Positions 54,146 to 64,000 of a DNA stretch of 64,000 nt are shown here, one piece after another (the first letter of the stretch is position 1; each line of letters opens with the position of its first letter). The position numbers were made by a program, and so were the translations under genes. Origin of the DNA: Malacoraja senta (lineage: Eukaryota); the NCBI GenBank assembly GCA_038087875.1, contig CM075989.1:3720001-3784000 (forward strand), given 5' to 3'. The notes beneath the pieces are model-generated. The model was not told the origin of the DNA and searched no databases. It saw nothing but the letters and a program-made list of their open reading frames with translations.

Positions 54146-54297
54146 GGCAACACAGCTTTAGCATTTCCAAACCAAAGGCAACACAGCTTTAGCATTTCCA
54201 AACCAAAGGCAACACAGCTTTAGTATTTCCAAACCAAAGGCAACACAGCTTTAGCATTTCCAAACCAAAGGCTACACAGCTTTAGCATTTCCAAACT
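54146..54297. repeat. 31-bp minisatellite, ~5 copies
   Basis: Unit GGCAACACAGCTTTAGCATTTCCAAACCAAA. Confidence 0.92.
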
Positions 54298-55313
54298 ATA
54301 TTTTCAAACCACATTAAGGGCACTGACAGTTCAGTAAAACCACTCACAATTTAGTAGACATGTGTTCAGTGTTATTCACAGCTCAGACTGAGAGACGTGA
54401 CCCTCTCGCTCTCCCATCTTGCAGAGACTGACTGAGGCACTCAACACTTCCGGGTTTTATAGTCCCTCCGGAAGGGGTGTGGCCTTCAGGAGAGAGAATC
54501 TCAACATTTTTCAAACCCTAATAACTCTTTTATTTTTCATCGATGGGAAAAATCCTCTTGTCCTGCGCAGCGCAGGGGGACTCTGAGTAAGATGGCCAAA
54601 AATCACAGCCGTAAGTGGCAGCGTTTTTTCTAAAATCAATATACAGAACAGGAAGTGGTCAAGATCAGACTTTTAGTAATATACTGTAGATATTTGAAAT
54701 GGAGAGAAATTGGAGAATGTTGATGGATAAAATGGACTTGGGTGTTTTTGTGCACACGCCATTTGAAGTGTAAGTGCCGGTTGAGGCAAACAATGAGGAG
54801 GTTGAACAGTATGCTGGCCTTCAAGTAGCTTGACCAGTTGCATCGTAACTTGGCACGGCAATTCCAACGCCCAAAAATCCCTCGAAAGTCCTTTGTTCCA
54901 ATTGACCAAACAATAAAATCAGATCATCGGAATATGCTCTTCTTACAAAAGCAAAAAAGCAAAAAAGCTGCAGATGCTGGAAAATCTGAAATAATCCCAA
55001 ACTGTTGGAAATACTCGAGAGGCCAGGTGGCGTTTATGGAGAGGGAAGCAATTAATCCTGGCTTTGCAGCTGATGACAAAGCTCAGGAAAGAACCATGGG
55101 AAGAGGACTTTCATGCTTCAGAACAGCAAAAGTGTCGTTATTTTAATATGTTCTCAATCATATACAAACAACCTAACACTCTTGTGGTACATTTTTTATC
55201 TCTTTAGAAAATTGTGGGTATGTGAGAAGGAGCTTCCATGCATTGTGCAGGAAAATCCAGCCTTAAAGAACATGAAAGACTAAAAAGGGCGATTCCCAAC
55301 TAAAAGGATCATC

Positions 55314-56918
55314 TCACTCCGTCTTTTGCTTTTTCCCACAAACAATGCGAAAAAGTTTCTTCAGTGTTCCAACCACCAGCACAGTGAGCAGGAGTAACAC
55401 AGACAACAGAAAGATCATCACATCTACACAATAGTAAGCGTACCAGGGGAGTCGGTGGGATTCTGAGCGCAAATGCCCCGCTCCTTTGTGTCGGGCAACG
55501 TACTCAACCCAGAAAACGGCTCTCTCCATTGGTGACTCTGGCTGGTCCCGATGGAGAGCGGAGAGTCTCTTCATGTTGTCCCCATAAGATGTGCCGTTTA
55601 TCACTTCATTGAGTGCCTGCAACAGATCTGTGGAGTGCATGGTTGCAACGTTGATCACTTTTGCTGCTCCTCGGGATTCGAGTCTAATTAAATTGTCAAA
55701 CTGGTCAAAAAGCAGAGGCATGCCGACCACTGGCACCCCATGGTAGATGGCTTCATAAATCCCATTGGTGCCTCCGTGTGAAACAAAGGCTCGAGTGTTG
55801 GGGTGACCCAGCAGGTCGTTCTGAGGGATCCATTTTGCCAGCAGCGTATTATTCCCTATATTGGGAGGGGTCTCACCATCATATCTCCAGATAACCTTCT
55901 GGGGGATTTGAGATAAAGCTTCTGCTATTTTCATTGCAATCTCCATTGGTAAAGAGTGGACAAAGGTCCCCAATGACATTACAACAAGTCCATGTTTCCC
56001 TGAGCTTTGGACAAACTCCTCAAACTCTGCTGCCAGAGGCCGTGCAGGTTTACACTGGAAGCCTCCGATGTACACAATGTTTGGCATGGTGGGTCTTGGG
56101 AATTCAAACACAAAATCCACCCTCAACAGCCACACATCAGCTCTGAGGAGAATCGACTTGATGTCCGTGTCTGGTCCCAGATACCGATGACAAAGATCAT
56201 TGTAATTGGGGTAAATGAACAGTTCTAAAGCAAATAGCTGAATCAGACTTTGGATGACGTTTTGTGTTCTTTGGAGAAAGGACATTTTGTCGGTCAGTTG
56301 CGAGTTGGAGACTGGGATATAGGAAGGTGGTGATGGGGCAAAGAGGGAATGTGCTTCCCCACTATCCAGCCATCGGACATTATACACCAGCGGAAGTTTT
56401 AAATAATACGCAAGCATGGGACCTGTACCAAAAAAAGGATCTGTAAGCACTAGGTCAAAATTTGCCTCTTCAAGTTGGTTTAGCAAACCCTTGTTTTCAA
56501 AAATATCAGCAATAAACCTATAAATCGTCTTATGACGATTTTGCAAAAAGGTTAATACTTCAAATTGTGACTTAACTTTGCCCCAGTAGACCCACCCACT
56601 CTGCGCAATTTGCAGTGTGTTTTGGAGAATTATTCCCACTGCATCGATCTTCTCAGTGGTTCCTTGCTCTTGAATGACAATGGATTTGTACAGGTCAGGT
56701 CTCTCTGTGATGTGCCTAGCCCCTGCTTTGTAAAGCACAGTGATGTTGTGTCCGTGAAGCTTCAGTTCTTCGATTAGAATCCTCATGTTGATCCAGTGAC
56801 TTCCAGCAATGGGAACAACTAATATATTCGCTGCCTGGTTAATGGGACAATACAGAGTGATGATAGTGCCAAGGACAAAGGGCACCAGTATTCTGCTCTT
56901 CCATCCAGAACCCCCCAT
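55314..56918 (-). CDS. UDP-glucuronosyltransferase, 534 aa, entire CDS in one exon (Ugt5-like architecture)
   Basis: ATG at 56918 then a hydrophobic signal peptide, GSHWINM catalytic-His motif, UDPGT signature WIPQNDLLGHPNTRAFVSHGGTNGIYEAIYHGVPVVGMPLLFDQ, C-terminal TM helix and KKQKTE ER-retrieval tail; no stops. Confidence 0.96.
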   Translation of the reverse strand: MGGSGWKSRILVPFVLGTIITLYCPINQAANILVVPIAGSHWINMRILIEELKLHGHNITVLYKAGARHITERPDLYKSIVIQEQGTTEKIDAVGIILQNTLQIAQSGWVYWGKVKSQFEVLTFLQNRHKTIYRFIADIFENKGLLNQLEEANFDLVLTDPFFGTGPMLAYYLKLPLVYNVRWLDSGEAHSLFAPSPPSYIPVSNSQLTDKMSFLQRTQNVIQSLIQLFALELFIYPNYNDLCHRYLGPDTDIKSILLRADVWLLRVDFVFEFPRPTMPNIVYIGGFQCKPARPLAAEFEEFVQSSGKHGLVVMSLGTFVHSLPMEIAMKIAEALSQIPQKVIWRYDGETPPNIGNNTLLAKWIPQNDLLGHPNTRAFVSHGGTNGIYEAIYHGVPVVGMPLLFDQFDNLIRLESRGAAKVINVATMHSTDLLQALNEVINGTSYGDNMKRLSALHRDQPESPMERAVFWVEYVARHKGAGHLRSESHRLPWYAYYCVDVMIFLLSVLLLLTVLVVGTLKKLFRIVCGKKQKTE

Positions 56919-56943
56919 ACTGAGGGGACGTTGTATGTAGATC

Positions 56944-56965
56944 CTGTTCAAGAAATGAAAATAAA
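56944..56965 (-). promoter_or_regulatory. Putative splice acceptor of the UGT coding exon (exon starts 56943, 25 nt before ATG)
   Basis: Minus strand reads ttattttcatttcttgaacAG|gatctac; implies an upstream exon that I could not locate. Confidence 0.7.
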
Positions 56966-56999
56966 GGTTATTTAAACAGAAAAAATCATTGTTGATATA

Positions 57000-58614
57000 C
57001 AGTGGCTTGCAAAAGTATTCATACCCCTTGAACTTTTCCACATTTTGTCACGTTACAACCACAAACGTAAATGTATTTTATAGGGATTTTATGTGATAGA
57101 CCAACACAAAGTGGTGCATAATTGTGAAGTGAAAGGAAAATGATACATGGTTTTCAAATTTTTTTACAAATAAAAAACTGAAAAGTGTGGCGTGCAAAAG
57201 TATTCAGCCCCCCTGAGTCAATACTTTGTAGAACCACCTTTCGCTGCAATTACAGCTGCAAGTCTTTTAGGGTATGTCTCTACCAGTTTTGCACATCTAG
57301 AGACTGAAATTTTTGCCCATTCTTCTTTGCAAAATAGCTCAAGCTCAGTCAGATTGGATGGAGAGCGTCTGTGAACAGCAATTTTCAAGTCTTGCCAGAG
57401 ATTCTCAATTGGATTTAGGTCTGGACTTTGACTGGGCCATTCTAACACATGAATATGCTTTGATCTAACCCATTCGATTGTAGCTCTGGCTGTATGTTTA
57501 GGGTCGTTGTCCTGCTGGAAGGTGAACCTCCGCCCCAGTCTCGTCTTTTGCAGACTATAACAGGTTTTCTTCCAAGATTGCCCTGTATTTGGCTCCATCC
57601 ATCTTCCCATCAACTCTGACCAGCTTCCCTGTCCCTGCTGAAGAAAAGCATCCCCACAGCATGATGCTGCCACCACCATGTTTCACAGTGGGGATGGTGT
57701 GTTCAGGGTGATGTGCAGTGTTAGTTTTCCGCCACACATAGCGTTTTGCATTTAGGCCAAAAACTTCAATTTTGGTCTCATCTGACCAGAGCACCTTCCT
57801 CCACATGTTTGCTGTGTCCCCCACATGGCTTGTGGCAAAGTGCAAACGGGACTTCTTATGGCTTTTTTTCAACAATGGCTTTCTTCTTGCCACTCTTCCA
57901 TAAAGACCCGATTTGTGGAGTGCACGACTAATAGTTGTCCTGTGGACAGATTCTCCCACCTGAGCTGTGGATCTCTGCAGCTCCTCCAGAGTTACCATGG
58001 GCCTCTTGGCTGCTTCTCTGATCAATGATCTCCTTGCCCGGCCTGTCAATTTAGGTGGACGGCCATGTCTTGGTAGGTTTGCAGTTGTGCCATACTCTTT
58101 CCATTTTCGGATGATGGATTGAACAGTGCTCCGTGAGATGTTCAAAGCTTGGGATGTTTGTTTATAACCTAACCCTGCTTTAAACTTCTCCACAACTTTA
58201 TCCCTGACCTGTCTGGTGTGTTCCTTGGGCTTCATGATGCTGTTTGTTCACTAATGTTCTCTAACAAACCTCTGAGGCCTTCACAGAACAGCTGTATTTA
58301 TACTGAGATTAGATTACACACAAGTGGACTCCATTTACTAATTAGGTGACTTCTGAAGGCAATTGGTTGCACTGGATTTTTTTTAGGGGTATCAGAGTAA
58401 AGGGGGCTGAATACTTTTGCACGCCACACTTTTCAGTTTTTTATTTGTAAAAAAATTTGAAAACCATGTATCATTTTCCTCCCACTTCACAATTATGTGC
58501 CACTTTCTGTTGGTCTATCACATAAAATCCCAATAAAATACATTTACGTTTGTGGTTGTAACGTGACAAAATGTGGAAAAGTTCAAGGGGTATGAATACT
58601 TTTGCAAGCCACTG
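57000..58614 (-). mobile_element. Tc1/mariner IR/DR-type DNA transposon (Passport-like), full length, transposase inactivated
   Basis: About 213-bp TIRs starting CAGTGGCTTGCAAAAGTATTCA with an inner direct repeat; TA TSD at 56998-56999 and 58615-58616; 1615 bp. Confidence 0.97.
57218..58235 (-). pseudogene. Tc1 DD34E transposase with a TAG stop (57555-57557) and an adjacent ~2-nt deletion
   Basis: Paired-like HTH N-terminus with [18 protein letters not shown] and [11 protein letters not shown] motifs (34 residues between second D and E), split over ORFs 57555-58235 and 57218-57679. Confidence 0.95.
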
Positions 58615-60699
58615 TAACTGTGCCCTTTCGCAGATACCATGGCCAAGTTAGTCCTGTGGATTGAGTGAGTTAGCATGAGAAATATTTTATGTTTTAGTTG
58701 TAGATTGTATTTCTGGATCAACAGTCACAACTCCAACATACGACCAAGGATCATAGACACAAAAAGCTGGAGTAACTCAGCGGGCCAGGCGCATCTCTGG
58801 AGAAAAGGAATAGGTGACATTTCGGGGAGGGGGACACTGGGGATGTGATAAGGTCCAGGAGAAAGCAGAGCCAGCCTTGATAACTCGGGAAAGATGGAGC
58901 CCACAATGGTCCATTGTTGGCTGGGGACGAGGTGATAATGAAGGAAAACAAACGGTGAAATTAGCAAGAATACTAGGGTGGGGGACGGACAGAGAGAGAG
59001 AGGAAATGCAAGGGTTACTTGAAGTTAGAGAAATCAATATTCATGCCACTGGGTTGTTTAAGGAGCAAGATGTGCCAGGGAGTTGTAAATCCCAGCACGG
59101 TGTATCAATGGGCCTCATCCTCTAGCATGTAACTAAAACCAAGTTTGGGAGCCAGAGAGGACCAAATGCCAGATCAAGTATTGAAAAGAAATGTTAATTA
59201 AATATAAAACACCAAGAAGCATTTTGATATGACTCTTCCATTTCCAACACCATGAACAAGTCAGTCCTGAGTTAACATGGTGAGATATTTTTCTGCCATG
59301 GAGATTGTTTGTGTTGGGTCAGTTGTGTCAGTAGTTGACTAAGAGCAGGACGTGTGGAGGTTTGTACGCGGCAGGTCACGTCTCACTAACCTGATTGAGG
59401 ATGTGGCAAAGGTGGACAATGTTGTCTCCATGGATTTTAGTAAGGTGTTAGATAAAGTCCCCCATGGTAGGTTTCTCTTTTATTGATAGACACAAAATGC
59501 TGGCATAACTCAGCGGCACAGACAACATCTCTGGATAGAAGGAATGGGTGACATTTCGAGTCGAGACCCTTTGTTGCGACTGGAATTGTCCTTCCATCAC
59601 AACCCTCTGTCTTCTATCAGTAAGCCAGCTTTAAATCCATATGACCATGTCACTGTTAGTCCCGTGCATCTTAAACATACCATTCCTCCCCTTCCCCACC
59701 ACTCCAACTACATTCCATCCTCTAGCTTCACAATTTGCAACTCTTCAATCCTCGCAACTTCTGCCTTTTCATCTCTGGCCTTTGTCAACCATCAGCCTAT
59801 TAACCCCCTCACACCCCTCACCCACCCCCCCCCCCCCCGCCCCTCGCCTGTGTTCACCCACCATGCTCTGATGTGCCCTTTCTCTCCTACAGCTTTCTCT
59901 CTCCCTCTGCCTACAATCAGTCTGAAGAAGGATCCTGAACAGAAGTCACCTATTTGTGTTCTCCAGAGATGTTGCCTGACCCGCTGAGTTACTCCAGCAC
60001 TGTGTGCCTTGCATTGTTATATATCCGACGTCAGACTGAATTCTAATCTGCATCTGAGAGAGTAATTATAACAGTTTATCGAAGACTTTGTCAATAAAAT
60101 ACGTTTTGTCACTTACTTATGAAGCCAAAGTTGAAAGCGGGGGAGAAGTGTGTTCCCGATAGACGAGACTCCAACAAGAGCGTAATGAAGTTCAGTTTGT
60201 AGCTACAAAACCTACATGGAATTCCAATTGCAAAGTTTGTTTTTGCACAATAGAAGCTCCACAAACCGTTCCTGTTTAGCAGGTTATCAGTTCCGATTAT
60301 TGTGCGCAACATATGCAAAAAGAAGAAGAAGAAATTCCGATTATCAGCATTGACTCAGCCAATGAAGGTGTTGCTTGTATCAACATAAAATTAACTTAAC
60401 CCTTTGATAATGAATTGCTCTATTTCCATTCTCAATTTAGTTTCAAGATACAGCATGGAAACAGGCCCTAAGGCCCACTGAGTCGAGTCCGACTATGAAT
60501 CACCTGCTCACACTAGTTCTATGTTATCCCACTTTCTCACTCACTCCCTGCACACTGGGGGAAAGTTACAGAGGCCAATTAACCTACAAACTCACACATC
60601 TGTGGGATGTGGGTGGAAACCGGAGCACCCGGAGGAAACCCCGACGGTCACAGGGAGAACGTGCAAACTCCGCATAGACAGCACCTGAGATCAGGATTG

Positions 60700-61312
60700 A
60701 GAAGACTAGAATACAAAAACAGGGATGTAATGCTGAGGCTCTATAAGGTGCTGGTCAGACTGCATTTGGAGTATTGTGAGCAATCCTGGGCCCCATATCT
60801 GTGGAAGGGTGGGCTGGCGTTGGAGAGGGTCCAGAGGAAGTTTACGAGAATGATCCCAGGAATGAGTGGGTTAACTTATGATGAGCGTATTACGGCACTG
60901 GGCCTGTACTTGCTGGAGTTTAGAAGAATGAGGGGGGACCTCATTGAAACTTACCGAAGATAGACAGGCCTGGATAGAGTGGATGTGGAGAGGATGTTTC
61001 CACTAGTGGGAGAGTCTAGGACCAGTGGTCATACCCTCAGAATTAAAGGACATTCCTTTAGGAAGGAGTTAAGGAAGAATTTATTTAGGGTGGTGAATCT
61101 GTGGAATTCATTGCCCTAGAAGGGTGCAGATGCCAAGTGAATGGATATTTTTAAGGCCGAGATAGATAGATTCTTGATTAGTACGGGTGTCAGGGGTTAT
61201 GGGGAGAAGGCAGGAGAATGGGGTTAAGAGGGAAAGATAGATCAGCCATGATTGTATGGTGGACTAGACTCGATGGGCCGAATGGCTTAATTCTGCTCCT
61301 TTCACTTATGAA
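60700..61312 (+). mobile_element. CR1 LINE 3' fragment nested in a SINE
   Basis: LEYKNRDVMLRLYKVLVRLHLEYC…MRGDLIETY plus CR1 3' tail. Confidence 0.88.
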
Positions 61313-64000
61313 CATGAACTTATGAAGGATCGAACCCGGGTCTCTGGTGCGGTGAGGCAACAGCTGCTCCACTGTAGCACCTCCAGCTACAGTAAAGGTG
61401 CATTTGAAATTGAGAATAGAACATTTGTAAGGAAGATGAAAGAAGCCTGCGGATACAGTTAATTAAAAATATATTTCAAAAACAGATAATTTTAAAAGAT
61501 AATTATCTAATTGGTTTGGGTGCTAACTGGTGAGAAGTGATCTATCTACATAGGCCATATGAGATTGGGGAAAGTGTGGTTCATTTTGACAGCCATGGTT
61601 TAGAGAATTTAATTCAATAGTGGAAAATATTGCTGAACAGATTCTGACTTATTTGGGTTCAGATCTGTTTATTCATTTCTGTTTATTTTAAAGACTCATC
61701 ATTCACAGGATGTGGGCATTCTTGTTAAGCCACCATGCGTAACCCTTAACTAATCGATCTTCAGAATCTAGTGGCACGAACCTTTGTGATGGGCATCTGT
61801 GTTTCAAGGCAATTCTAATGTCGGACCATCCCTGTGTGTCTCGGGTGGGGCGGGGGGGGGGGGACACAGATCTGATAAAGATGCCCCATCTCCACTAAAG
61901 GATTTCCTTCACTAGATTTCATCAGGGGTGGCACGGTGGCGCAGCGGTAGAATTGTTGCCTTACAGCACCAGAGACCAGGATTCAATCCTGACTATGAGT
62001 GCTGAATGTACGCAGTTTGTACATTCTCCCAGTGACCGCGTGGGTTTTCTCCAGGTCCTCCGGTTTCCTCCCATGCTCCAAAGACATACAGATTTGTAGG
62101 TTAATTGGCTTGGTATAAATGTAAATTGTCACTAGTGTGTGTAGGATAGTGTAAATGTGCAGGAATCGCTGGTTGGCACAGACTCAGTGGGCCGAAGGGC
62201 TTGTTTCTGCTCTATCTCCACAACAAAGAAGAAAAGATTATTCCTGTTCCTTTGGTTAATTTATAGGGAACTGTTTTCTATGGGGATGCTGGTGATGTGG
62301 ATGTTGGAGTCCAATGTTGTTACCTGGAACACTTGCTGCCCCCATCTCAACTCTCTGGTCTACTCTCATTCCGCGTTCAACCCAGTTGGAGGGAAGTTTA
62401 CAGAAGAGAAGCTGCAGCAAAATAAAATCTGCAGTGAGCATTCAATCCCTTCCTGTCACAGCTGATATCAGCACTTCTGTTAGGGGCAGATGAGAGTCCA
62501 TCTTAAAGTGGGCCCCCTATATTCTCACTGTAGTGATTGTCGTGACCACCATAGTTCATTGCAGGGTAATCACCATACATCATGGTGGTATAGTGATCAC
62601 CATACTTCAATATTTCATCACTGTTTCCTTGAGTTTAATTTAGTTGAGTTTAGTTTATTGTCACGTGTACTGAGGTACAGTGAAAAGCTTTTGTTGCTTG
62701 CTAACCAGTCAGTGAAAAAGACTATATATGATTACAATCCAGCAATCCACAGTATACAGATACATGATGAAGGGAAGACTGTGTAAGGTAAAGACCAGTA
62801 AAGTCCCATTAAAGATATTCCAAGGGTCCCCAATCAGGACTGCTCATTAGTTGGTGACAGGATGGTTCAGTTGCCTGATAACAGCTGGGACGAAACTGTC
62901 CCTGAATCTGGACAAGGCTAATACAGGAAAAACTGCATAGTTGTATTGATGGCTTTTTGTATCTTCAATGGGTGGTTAAAATACACTTAAGTGTATTTCC
63001 TTTTAATAATAACATGTACACCAATTCACCTTCTGAACACAGTAATAATTTAATCTAAAACACTACAAATAAATCTAGTCAATTTGACATTTATCCTATT
63101 TGTGGGTAATGTGGAATGTAACATGTTGGGGTACACGGTATGGGGTGCATTTGGGAGCAGATATTTGATGTTGGCAGACTGACAAAACTGTGGCAGATAG
63201 AATTCAATGTGGGGAAAAGTGAAGTCCTTCATCCTGAAAAGTCAAATCACTGAGATTTGGTTAAATCACCAGCTGCTGTGAAGTTTGAGAGATACAACGT
63301 GGAAACAGGCCCTTTGGACCACCGCGTGTGCGTCGAGTAGCAATCACACTTCTATCCTAGAAACCTGCGACAATTTACAGAGGCCAATTAACCTACAAAC
63401 CTGTATGTCTTTGGGAATGTGGGAGGAAACCGGAGCACCCGGGGAAAACCCACGTGGTCACAGGGAGAATGTACAAACTCAGTACAGACATCACCCGTAG
63501 TCAGGATCGAAGCCAGGTCATTGGCGCTGTAAGACAGCAACTCTACCGCTGCACCTAGACAAAAGGTTTAAGGATCTCGGTAAAATATCACTCAGAGTGA
63601 GCTGTTTATCAGCTAAATAAATCTGGGAGAAAATACTGATAAAAGTTACAGAGCTGATCGCCTTTGAATCCGGGATCTGCAGCTGCTGAGCAGGATCCTT
63701 CACTGACTTGATCCAGGCCATTCATCGTCATCCTATCTCCATTCACCCTCAATCAATCTCCTCATTCACTGTTTGACTGATGGCAAGGTGGCGCAGCGGT
63801 AGAGTTGCTGCTTTAAGGCGCCAGAGACCAGGGTCCCATCCTGACTACGGGGGCTGTCTGTACAGAGTTTGTACGGTCTCCTCATGATCCCGTGGGATTT
63901 CTCCTGGTGCTCCGGTTTACTCCCACACTCCAAAGATGTACAGGTTTGTAGGCTAATTAGTTTTGGTAAAATTGTAAATTGTCCCCAGTGTGTAGAATAG

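Noticed and set aside
53565..54297. Regularly spaced repeats resembling a CRISPR array, and the repetitive ORF 53204-53797
   Set aside because: Head-to-tail minisatellites with no unique spacers and no cas genes, in eukaryotic DNA; the ORF is a by-product of a 48-bp unit.
56919..57041. 41-residue N-terminal extension of the UGT in the ORF track (apparent transposon-UGT fusion)
   Set aside because: It starts at a GTG inside the Tc1 TIR and crosses a clear splice acceptor; the signal peptide begins at ATG 56918.
61925..61995. tRNA-like A/B boxes
   Set aside because: These are SINE heads continuing into the V-domain; no complete cloverleaf.

Overview
Repeat-rich vertebrate DNA, most likely from a cartilaginous fish (skate/ray/shark), inferred from dense HE1-like V-SINEs, CR1/HER1-like LINE fragments and the gene content. 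Positions 240-34144 (+) hold the last 12 coding exons of KIF7 (coiled-coil stalk and tail, ending IDVRKNPVG*). Splice phases join cleanly except for one extra T in the exon at 18363-18540, which causes a frameshift. Downstream lie a 5'-truncated Penelope-like element (RT plus GIY-YIG) and a 1.2-kb cassette with terminal inverted repeats (TIRs) and TA flanks that carries a decayed ZFP36/TTP-family gene fragment, inserted in a CR1 LINE. Further on are an intact single-coding-exon UDP-glucuronosyltransferase (-, Ugt5-like architecture) and a near-intact IR/DR Tc1 transposon 55 bp upstream of its splice acceptor. A very common short repeat matches the Penelope 3' end, contains a minimal hammerhead-ribozyme-like motif, has its own 12-15 bp target-site duplications (TSDs) and forms several perfect hairpins. 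All calls are by-eye readings; family names come from recalled motifs, not database searches.
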